DNA of 63,983 nt, counting the filler, from Octopus bimaculoides (lineage: Eukaryota), in NCBI RefSeq assembly GCF_001194135.2. It is 7 parts of 7 records of this genome, joined end to end, with 100 filler letters (N's around TTAATTAATTAA, not from the genome) between each part and the next. Parts side by side here need not be neighbours in the genome. Positions count along the whole stretch, not along the records: positions 1 to 5,461 come from NC_069002.1; positions 5,562 to 27,339 come from NC_068981.1; 5 more parts are not named here. One strand, written 5' to 3'. Numbering within the stretch: position 1 is the stretch's first letter; every line of letters begins with the position of its first letter. Of this stretch, positions 1 to 11,200 are shown piece by piece. Under the pieces are notes generated by a model. That model had not been told where the DNA came from. It made no database searches and saw nothing but the letters and a program-made list of their open reading frames with translations. A program made the translations under genes and the position numbers.

Positions 1-115
1 AAAAAAAAAAAAAACAAGTACAGATGTAGATTTGTTCGATTAAGAAACCCTTCGAGGCTGTGCCCCAGAATGACTGCACTCCAACGACTGAAGCAAATAA
101 AAAATAAAAAATAAA
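1..115 (+). mobile_element. 3' tail of SINE family A (degenerate)
   Basis: gatttgttcgatta...gaggctgtgccccagaatgactgca...gactgaagcaaataaaa matches the 3' end of the family A copies at 57143-57540 and 62420-62630. Confidence 0.65.
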
Positions 116-1413
116 AAATTACAGATGTGTGTGTGTGAATGTGTGTGTGTGTATCATACAACCCTTTCTCATATTATATGACCAATATTTATTAGCGACA
201 GAGGCAGTCTTAATACCGAGAGGTAATTTTTATCCCCATTTAAACGTGGATGTTCTGTTGGAACAAACCATACTGCTATAGATACCACGAGAGAAATTCT
301 CAAATATGCTTTTGGTGCATTTTGCACACCTATTTATATCGCTAGCGGGGAGATAAATTCCCACCACCTCCAGCGTCGAGACCACCAGATGGCGTGATCT
401 CGACCTTCCTTGGCCTCGTCAATGATGTACATTCGACTGCCAGAGAGAGCAGAGACTCCTCTCTCTGTCAGCGGTATATAGAGAAAACTGTCTGAACAGG
501 CGCAGATGTCGCTATTAGCAAATGAGCTTGTTAACAAAATATATATTAGCAACAGAGGCAATATTAATACTGAGACAGTATTATATGATCTGGTTAGGAG
601 ATAATACAACGCAAATTGGTGGATAATACACTCAACTAATAAAGACCAGATTCCCATTTCAATGCATTATGTTTTAATTATTTTTAATTAACTTAAACCA
701 CGCTGTTGTCTTGGCATGTCTTTCATGGCCATTAAGTTGTTATTTAGATATTAATGACTTGTAACCGATATGCAACCGTAATATACTACAAAGTATATTA
801 AACGTTTTTATAAGTCAATGCCGTGTTCTACTGTGTTAGCAGTGCTATAACATCTCCTGTTAAGGTTATCTCTACAGATTTCCTGTAGAAATTATAACCA
901 GCACTCATTTTTGTTACGACGTTTCATATCCGAGACGTCAGATGTAAGCAAACAACTAGATCAAACACTGCTTAAATAGCCACTAAATACAGCGGTGTAA
1001 CGACCAGTGCTAGCTATAATTTCCAAAGAATATATCTGCAGAGATAACCCGAACAGCTTATTTAGATAAGGCTCTTTCTTATCACTAATCGCACAGTCAA
1101 TTAAAATTTCTGACCCTATCGGATCAACTAAGCTTGCGTTCACTTCACGGTTAGTTTTTTTCATGCAGAAGGCGCGGCTGGGTCAATTTGACCGAGGCGT
1201 TCTGTTACTACGACCCTGGGCTTTCGTTGACAAAAGACATATTAATTGCTTCAGTTATTCTAAATATAGATCAGGTCATGTGACGGGGCATGTGTTGTTG
1301 CAGCGCGGTGCTACATTCACCATTTATCAGTATATATTCTAAATACAATTATAAAATAAGTGCTAATACTTGATGGAGTAAATTAAAGAATTTTAATTAA
1401 AATTAAACCCTCC

Positions 1414-1849
1414 TTTTATCTTTTGTTTCAGTCATTAGACTGCAGCCATGCTGGGGCACCGCCTTGAAAAATGTTTACTCGAATGAATCGACCCCAGTAC
1501 TTATTCATTATTATTTTTTAAAGCCAGGTACTTATTCTATCGGACAATTTTGCCGAACTGCTATGTTACAGGGACGTTACCGCACCAACACTCTTTGTCA
1601 AGTGGTGGTGGGTGACACCCCCCATACACATACACACACACACACACACATACACACACACACACACACGCACACCCTCACACCCACACAGATGGGATTC
1701 TTTTAGTTTCCATCAACCAAATCCACTCACAGGGCGCTTTGGTCGGCCCGAGGCTATAGTAGAAGTGAATTACTCAAGGTGCCATGCAGTAGGATTGAAC
1801 CTAGAATCATGTGGTTGGGAAGCAAGCTTCTTCTCACTGATCTACGCCT
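1414..1849 (-). mobile_element. tRNA-derived SINE family A, full length, internal (CA)n
   Basis: Both halves match the copy at 57143-57540; B-box-like ggttcaatcc on minus strand; central microsatellite. Confidence 0.85.
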
Positions 1850-1861
1850 CTTCCCCCCCAT

Positions 1862-2293
1862 CTTTTTACCTGTTTCACTTATTGGACTGTGGCCATACTG
1901 GGGCACCGTCTTAAAGGATTTAGTCGAACTATTCGACACCAGTACTTATCTTTTAAAACCTGGTGCTCATTCCATCAATCAATTTTGCTAAACTGCTATG
2001 TTACGGGAACTTAAACACACCAACGCCGGTTGCCATGCGTTGAGGGTGGGAGAAAAACATAAAGACACACATACACACACACGCACACACATACACACAC
2101 ACACACGCACACACACACACACACACACATATACGACGGGCTTCTGTCAGATTCTGCCGACATAATCCACTCACAAGACTTTTGTCGGCCCGGGGCTATA
2201 GTAGAAGACACTTGCCCAATGTGTCACGCAGTGGGACTGAACCCAGAACTATGTGGTCAAAAAAACAAGCTTCTTACCACACAGCTACGCCTG
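1862..2293 (-). mobile_element. tRNA-derived SINE family A, second tandem copy
   Basis: Same architecture directly abutting the previous copy; gggactgaacccagaactatgtgg head. Confidence 0.85.
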
Positions 2294-2997
2294 CATCTAC
2301 GAGAAAGAAATAATCTTTAGATTACGAATTTGGCCAAGAAATTCCGGTTGAAGGGAAAGATAGTGAAGGAAGTGATTCTTGTAACAGCAAACCAGGTCTT
2401 AAGGTGCTTCCACCAGCAAAAGATCGCGTTGATGGTGGTAAAAGGATTGGGTTATTACTGTAGTTTTTCGCCTTGAATTTATTATTGATATAGTATTATT
2501 GATGATGAAAATGGACGTCACTAGCAGAAACAGACCGTTTATAGTAGTATATGAATGGAAGGATACAGAAGGGTACAGAACAAAATAGTCGGCATCGATC
2601 ACGTTATGATATGGAGAGCATGAAACAAAATTGGTATCGACAATCGTTACAGACCAGGTTAAACTGTACGTCACTGAAGAGGACTAAAATAACCGAAACA
2701 TGTCCGGAATTGACCACCGAATCGCTTAAGACTACTCACTTTCTAGTGCCTTCTATGTCTAGTGAATTATACCTAACTTAACTCCACAAAGTTATTTTTA
2801 TGTTTTCGCTTATTTGATTTCTCATATGCTTCTATCTCATAGTTTTAGCTAATCGTGTTTGACTTTCTTTAAAAAACCTCACGTATCCTACTGCAGATAT
2901 TTTCCCCTTTAAAATGTCCGACAGCTATTTCTAGTCGGGTCGATACAGATTCCAAGGTCGATACAAGCTATTTCGTACGATATCATCTAGCTACCTA

Positions 2998-3902
2998 TAA
3001 CTCTTTCTACTATTGGCACAAAGCCCGACAATTTTGTGAAGTAGCTAGTCAATTATATCGATACCAGTTCTCAACTGGTACTTATTTTATTAAGTTCGAA
3101 AGGATGAAAGTAAAGTTGGCTTCGGTGGCATTTGAACTCAGAACGTTAAGCCGAAAGAAATGCCGCTAAGCATTTTGTCTGGCATGTTAACAATTCTTCT
3201 TGCTCACCGCCTTCCAGTTACTTATAACTATAAGAAGTCTGTTTCGTCTGTTAACTTTCACGCTCATCATACCGTTAATGAAACGAACACTACAAAACTC
3301 CCAGAATTGACGAAATTCTTTTACCTCAAACAACGTGTAAGCTGCGATGGTAGTTGCACCCTAAAACCTGGAATAAATGGTTTCAAATTTTGGCACAAGG
3401 CCAGCAATTTGGGGGGGAGAGGGTAAATCGATTACATTGACGCTGGGGCTAGACTGATACTTATTTTATAGACCCTGAAAGGATAAAAAGAAAAGTCGAC
3501 CTCGGCAGAATTTGAAACCATAAAGTAAAGACTGACGAAATGCCGTTACCGATTCTGCCAGCTCGCTGTCTTAAGACCCAGAGAAATTATCATCGTAACT
3601 CTCAGACTTGTCGCCGGTGAGATTTGAACTCAGAACGTTAGACAAAACATTTGCAAAACGTTAAACGAAAGATCCACTGCCCTAAGATCTGCATCTAATA
3701 ATCCTTTCTACTACAGACACAAGGTCTGAAATTTGGGGGAAGGGGATTAGTCGATTACGTCGACCCAGTACGCATCTGGTACTTAATTTATCGACCCCGA
3801 AAGAATGAAAGGCATAGTTAAACTTGTTGGAATTTGAATGTAGAACGTAAAGACGGATGAAATGCCGCTAGGCATTTTGCCCGGCATTCTAACGATTCTG
3901 AT
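2998..3902 (-). mobile_element. Three head-to-tail copies of SINE family C (about 2998-3213, 3378-3572, 3690-3902)
   Basis: Each carries the reverse complement of gagttcaaattccgccgaggtcgactttgcctttcatcctttcggggtcgataaattaagtaccag. Confidence 0.85.
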
Positions 3903-4048
3903 AATACTAAGTAAAACTGGTACGATGGAAACTGTACAGAAGCCTGCACATAATGTCACAGTCGTGGTTTCACCCTCCTTTTCCTCTCATCACTTTTGGA
4001 GGGCCGGAAAAGGCCACAGGCGCTGCCTTTCTGCTTCTTGCTAAACCA

Positions 4049-4427
4049 TTGTTGTTGTTGGCACTCCGTCGAGGGTTCCAGTTGATCCGATCAACGGAAC
4101 AGCTTGCTCGTGAAATTAACGTGCAAGTGGCTGAGCACTCCACAGACACGTGTACCCTTAACGTAGTTCTCGGGGATATTCAGCGTGACACAATGTGACC
4201 AGGCTGACCCTTTGAATTACAGGCACAACAGAAGCAGGAAGTAAGAGTGAGAGAAAGTTGTGGTGGAAGAGTACAGCAGGGTTCGCCACCATTCCCCTGC
4301 CAGAGCCTCGTGGAGCTTTAGGTGTTTTTCGCTCAATAAACACTCACAACGCCCGGTCTGGGAATCGAAACCGCGATCCTATGACCGCGAGTTCGCTGCC
4401 CTAACCACTGGGCCATTTCGGCCTCCA
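4049..4427 (-). mobile_element. tRNA-derived SINE family B, full length, (CAA)n tail
   Basis: Near-identical to 16531-16925 and 18296-18680; A-box tggcccagtggttagg, B-box ggtttcgattcc; LINE-like 3' tail. Confidence 0.9.
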
Positions 4428-4632
4428 TACATAATAGTACGCAGGACTATAGATAAGACCCTAGTAAGACCAGCAGATAAAAGAACCCAATCTCAGTGAT
4501 GATATAGACCAGGCTTGTAGATAATACATAGTGAGGTTTGTGGATTAAATAATACAGTTGTGTCGACAATATAGACCAGGTCTATAGATAATACGCGGAG
4601 AGGTTAGTTGATGAAAGAACTCAATCTCGAAC

Positions 4633-4830
4633 ATAATAATAATTCTTACTGCTATAGGCACAAGGCCTGAAATTTTTGGAGAGGGGGTAAGTCGATTACA
4701 TCGACGCCAGTGTTTCTCTGGTACTTAATTTATCGACCCCGAAAGGATGAAAGGCAAAGTCGACCTGGGCGGAATTTGAACTCAGAACGCAGCGGCAGAC
4801 GAAATACCGCTAAGTATTTCGCCCGGCGTA
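4633..4830 (-). mobile_element. SINE family C, well-preserved copy
   Basis: ctggtacttaatttatcgaccccgaaaggatgaaaggcaaagtcgacc...gaatttgaactcagaacg. Confidence 0.9.
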
Positions 4831-5104
4831 CATGATAATAATGCAGACCAGTGGATAATGTGTGGTCAAGCTAGAAGATAATAAATGGCTAAGCTACTAA
4901 ATAGTATTTGGCTAGTTTCGTTCATAATGCGTATGCAGTGATAATCGAATTTATTTATATTCCAGGTATCTTTCTCTCTCTCTCTCTCTATATATATATA
5001 TTTATATATATATATATATCACTGTCTATTTATTTGAAAAAAAATGAATAGAAACAGCTTTTCTAATAATTTCTCCATTTTAATAATTAGATGTTAATAA
5101 GTTA

Positions 5105-5343
5105 TTAAGTGTTTACACACACGCGCGCGCACGCACGCATACATACACGTATATATGTATATATATAACTAAAATATACATATACATACATTATATATAT
5201 ATATATGTATGTATGTATGTTCATGTATATGTATGTACATGTATGTACATGTACATGTATGGATGTACATATATGTATGTGTATATGCATATATATATTT
5301 TTTGTTTATATACTTATATATACATATATACACACATATTTAC

Positions 5344-5374
<31 letters not shown>

Positions 5375-5414
5375 CATATAAATATACACATATATATATA
5401 TACACAGACATATA

Positions 5415-5461
<47 letters not shown>

Positions 5462-5600
5462 NNNNNNNNNNNNNNNNNNNNNNNNNNNNNNNNNNNNNNN
5501 NNNNNTTAATTAATTAANNNNNNNNNNNNNNNNNNNNNNNNNNNNNNNNNNNNNNNNNNNNTATATATATATATATATATATATATGCATGTGTGTTTGT
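5105..5600. repeat. Compound (TA/CA/TATG)n microsatellite with assembly gap
   Basis: Direct inspection. Confidence 0.95.
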
Positions 5601-6659
5601 GTCTGTGTGCGTGCATATATATTCACGTATATGTAGATATTCATATCGATACATATAGATATCTTCAGAAAGGAAGAAATATATGTAGCTGGATGAAAAT
5701 GAGAGAATGTCCTTGATCTGTAGTTAGATACGTACAAAATTCGGCATATGAAAGACAGTTCTCTTCGTTTAGAAACGAAATACTTCATTACATCATCCTG
5801 CTTTTATTGCTAATGCATCTGTGTGTTGTACTAATCTACTTTATTCTGAAACATATAATAGCGTTACTTACATTGTATGTGATTCTCAATATACAGTAGA
5901 TAGCTGCATTTGTATTTCTTTTAAGTCAATATTTTAAATTACAGTTAGTTAAATTCATTGAAATATTCGTAAAAGAAAATTAGAAAATTGTGAAATATAA
6001 ATAACATAAATTTACGTTTATAGAAGTAGTGAAATTAATAATACTTCCTAATTCAGGTGAAGTAATTGTATAAAATCCATTGAAATAGAACGGCTAATAT
6101 AAAAATGATATCATATGACTTTCTGAATGACAGTATGATCTTACATTTTTTTATGAGTTGAAGGTGCGTTTTGGAGTTATAACAAAGGAAATTTTCCTCC
6201 TTCCCTCCATTCCTTCTCATTTTCTCGCATCTTCATAGCAATTTTCTCTCTGTAGGCATCTTTGGAATTATCAAGGGGGCTTTTTACAGTTTTTTGCAGT
6301 GTGCCTGAGATTAATTTCTATATGACAAAATCAAATTGGCAAATAGAAAGGGTTTCTCTTTCTTCAGATTAATTCATATAAAAGACCTGGAAGGCTTTCT
6401 TATTTCGAAGTTCGTAACAAGAAATGTAAAAGACTACAAATGGAGTTACTTGTTTATACTCTTTAGAGATCTTCTGCACTTTGATATTGGATAGTATCAT
6501 GAAAATTTGGAATAGCTCCATAAATGAAAACCTAAAAATTGTATATATAATTACCTCACTGCATTCAGGTTCAAACGTTGCTCAAAGCGACGATTCTATG
6601 AATAAAGCTGATCCTCAACAAAGGCATCCAGCTACGAACATATGACGACAAACAAAAAT

Positions 6660-6800
6660 ACGCCAGTCAATAGAAAAACCTCCACGCAGTCGCTTAACTT
6701 GCAAGAAATAGCAGCCACGTTTCCCTCGAAATTCTGTTCACAGCTTTTATAATAATTAGATATACTGAATAACTCATTCATAGATATAATACAGTTGAAC
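6660..6800 (+). mobile_element. Dispersed repeat family F fragment (gctagaaatagcagcc type); other copies near 29640-29790 (+), 37390-37560 (-), 41800-41960 (+), 43985-44045 (+)
   Basis: Shared motif ttg(c/t)tagaaata(g/a)cagcc...aaatcacac recurs at five or more sites in the window. Confidence 0.55.
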
Positions 6801-8097
6801 ACAATACGGGAAGACTACGGTAAGAACACGATGTGCACAGTAAAGAATAGTCTTGGAAAGCAATAAGCGATCATATTCAATTACGCAGAAGAGATGGATT
6901 AATGTTAAAGTTACGCATTCCACCTGTTAAGGCACAACATCCACTACCCTGATGCACCGCCTTCGTTGCTACTCACATTCAAGGCCACAACTCCACTTGC
7001 AGTCCGCTCAAGTCATATATCTTTCGACTTCCAGGTCTTCTGAAACAACGCTTCGACTTCGGCCCTCCTTGGGAAGCGTATAAATCGTCGTCGTTGAAAA
7101 TCAATGTGGATGCTTTGTTCTTATGGATTACGCTAGTATTGATAGCCTCCACATCTATATCTATTTAGCTGAAGTTATTAACTTTCGCTTTCAAGTCAAC
7201 CATAGGTCACGCACATTTATACAAAGTAATCTGAATTTAGTCAAACTAAAAGGAGAAAGAAAAGGGGTTATATAAGGGGTAATCTTGTTATATAAGGGAG
7301 AATCAGCTTTTCTGTTGGCCTGGATGTAAATCAGAGAAAAGCGATACTTGAAAATATAAGTATAAACCAACAATATACTCATCCAAAAATGACAAAAGAC
7401 AACATATTTAAAATGTGCATGAACTCTCAAATCACAATAAAAACAGTAAAGAAATTCGGAAATGCAGTTATTATATCTCATACGTACACTTTTGCGGAGA
7501 ATATGAGCAGCAAACGTATACATATGTATCACAACATTAACTAGATCGAAATAAATCATATAATCAATATACACAAAAGACAGAACACAACATCAACAGA
7601 ACACAAAAGACAAAACATAATGCAAAATAAACTTATGAAATGAAAACACTTCATCATCGCGTATGACATTCACACTGCTGTTATGCAGGAAATGAAATTA
7701 TACGCCAGACATATAACTCCCTCAAATTCTAAATTACACATTGATAATGTATGAGAGATTAACCTAAGAAGAAATCCTCATACGTCAAACCATGCATCCA
7801 GTGCATAGATATTACATATGACACATGATCATTGATAAGAGAAGACCATAATCAATAAGCCCTTTCCAACTAGAAGCATTAAAAATATTCGTGTTAGAAA
7901 CAAATAAACCACAAGCATAGTAGTGAGGTTATGACCTTCGCTTTTCAACCGTGTAGTTCTCAGTTCGATCTCAACGTGCAGCAATTTCGGCAAGTGAATT
8001 CTAATATGGTCACGGCTTAATGAACACCGTCTGAGTGAACTTTGATAGACTAAATTGGAACCAAATCTCGTCAGTTTAGACCGTGCACACAACCCCC

Positions 8098-8133
<36 letters not shown>

Positions 8134-8238
8134 CATATATACATACGCACATGCACCACAATTATACATACATACATACACACATGCACACACACATCTA
8201 TGTATGTATGTATGTATGCATGTATATATGTATATATG

Positions 8239-8271
<33 letters not shown>

Positions 8272-11200
8272 GTGCACGATGTAAAAACCGATGCAGTCCT
8301 GTTTCTAGCCTTTCGACAGTAAGAGACGATAAAATAAGAATTAAATAAGTTCTGGGACCCCTTTATAGTCGGAGACTAATTACAGAAGCCAATAAGAGAA
8401 TACCACCTCAAATGTTTAATCGTGTGATTAGGTTACAAGAATCCAGCCGCAAGAATTTACCATACCCCCATGCACTGGACTTGTAGGATATTTCAATACT
8501 GAAAACACATCCTGAATGTTATCACAGCATGTAAACAAAGGGTGACGCAATAACATCACGAATAAAAGTCCAACACAAACAAACCGATATACATCACTAT
8601 TCTCTCGACTCTAAATACAATTCCTCATCAGACATCACTTTCTAATCCACGCTGGTAGCAACGCTGAGCAAAACGATATAAAAAGCATTCTTACGTTTGT
8701 CAGGATATCTAACTATGCATTCATGATATTCACTCCAAGGAAAAAAATAAAACAAGTAGAAACACTTTCCCAAGCTTACAAAGGATTCAAGTGGAAGCAG
8801 TTTCACCCTCAACAAATACAATTAAGGCTCGTGGAACAACATCTCAATCACTGACAAGCATTCCATTACATACATTCAACAAAATAATTAAAGGCGTTTT
8901 TTTTAAACTCTATCCAACAAAGCAACATAAACAATGCAACTCCAATTACAATACTAACGTAGTACACCTGAAAAAATAGAGATAACTTCAAACAAAGCAC
9001 ACTAACAAATGTAAAATTCAAAAGAAAACGTTAACCAGGAAATAACAAAGAAAATAAATCATAGACAACAGAAAAGTAGTAAACAACTAACACCGGTATA
9101 ACTTACCCAAAGCAGTAAAATAACAGAAAAAATAATTAGCAGTAGCATCAACTCCAACAATAGTCAAACCATACCACATCACACGCCACAATAACAACTT
9201 AGATCATTTGCACATACTCCAATAAGAAGCAATCGTCTTTCTAACACTTTCTTTTCAAAACTCAGTCACAAAAACGGAACTCATAGCATAAGAGCACACA
9301 CAAGCACCACGCGCACGCACGCACACACACACACATACACACACTCACACAAAGAAAAAAGGCTTCCATCTATAACCATTTTGTCTCATCCTTGTAGGGA
9401 CATTTGAAAATCAATAATACCCCAAACTGGGCTCTTTTCTATTACTGCTATAATGGCCTCCAATTCCAAACGTTTTTTTCAACTCTTGTCACTCTTGGTT
9501 CGCCCACAACTCTCGGAGACCTGCACTAACCATTATACCCAGTATTTTATCCTCAAAATATCAGCTCCCTGGAGTTTTCTCCCAGTCACGTCTTTCGTGG
9601 CGGTATTTGTTGATCACATTAATGGCATCAAGCGCATGGATCTTGTAGGGCCTGCTCTTCATGAGTAAAGCTCTTTCTTCAAAATTTATCAAGTGATAAC
9701 ATGTACGTATAAGCGTTCTGGCATCTACAGCAAGAATTCATATAGTCTTAATTTAAGATGATATCACATAGACATGCACATACGCAGAACGACTTCAACC
9801 TTGCATCAGTCGACTTGATATCTAGTTAAAAGCAACAGATTTAAATAGCATCTTCTAAATCAATTCCCTTCCTACTTATCAAATATAGCAAACGATATAA
9901 TATAGTTGATTATGCCAACCATCATATTGAGCACGAAAAAAACATACAATGTGCACACAGGACAAATATAGATAGTTCAAAATTACGGCGTCAACCACTT
10001 GACATGAAAACAACACATTTTAAGTAAGACCTAGCTAATCAATTGTCTTTCACATCAAAAATAGCAGGGACTATATTGTACAACAAACAATAACACTCAA
10101 CACCATTAACATATCAAGGCTGTGCCCCGGCATTGCCACAGTCTAATGACTGAAACAAGTAATAAAAGATTAACGATATCGCAGTACAGAAGCCAAATGT
10201 ACAGGTAGCAGCAATTCTACATTTAAGGTGCTTACATACAAAACATTATAGAAAGCAATGCAACGCACAAATATGCTTATGACACATACCAGAACATTTG
10301 ACCCGAACAAAAAGCAGCGTCATTTGTTCAACACAATATCTAAGATTCTTANNNNNNNNNNNNNNNNNNNNNNNNNNNNNNNNNNNNNNNNNNNNNNNCC
10401 CACCCACCCACCATAATCAATTTCTTATTATATACAAACGATATACTCAGAGCAAGTACTTCATACAGCATTTCAATTCGTACAGATTATGACTGACATT
10501 TTTATTTAACCGAACTCAGTAAGACGATAATCATCCCCGGGAGGTTTGAATATATACACCGGCAAACAGTTCTTCCGCTACCGTATCCTTCGTATCTTCT
10601 AATACTGCTATCCTCTAATAAAACAAAAATTCTGTGTTAAATATCAGATATTTTGCAATTGGATAAGAGAAATAGAATACTCTACTTGTGAGACTATGCC
10701 ATAGACAATAGAATAATTTTATGACACTTTCTAGAATACATCAACCACCAAATATATCAGATGGATATCAACGTATGCCGTCTTCCTTTACAGCAGAAAG
10801 GAATTACGTTTAATAGTACATATAAATCGTGATGATATTACAGAGGCATTACGACACATATCCAATCAAATGCCTCAAACCATGGCGCGCATTTTGAGAC
10901 TCTGCGAAATATAAAAGTGAACTTAACTAAAATCGATCAACTACGCATTTGATTTTGGTCACTTCAGTTTATCTCGGCAACATGTGTACTAAATTATCCT
11001 TTCCCTAAAAGCGGCGAAAATACCCTGGATATTAGTCTCAAAATAATGAAGAAATCATCTTCAATGTGAAGGTGAGACATACAATTTTCTATGATAACGT
11101 ATTAGAATTTACATTATATGGTTGAATAAGAATCTGTAGATCAATATCTCAAAGAAACACTCCAGCTCTGTCAATACTGAATTTCCATATATAACTCATT

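Noticed and set aside
334-657. 107-aa minus-strand ORF
   Set aside because: No recognisable domain, AT-rich low-information N-terminal half, no supporting neighbouring exons
1169-1274. Possible 106-nt plus-strand exon RRGWVNLTEAFCYYDPG...
   Set aside because: Weak donor (gtcatg), no homology recognised, and overlaps a possible MITE end
5506-5517. TTAATTAATTAA flanked by about 44 Ns, repeated at about 27384, 50093, 51657, 53704 and 61310
   Set aside because: Artificial contig-join linker with stops in all six frames; not biological
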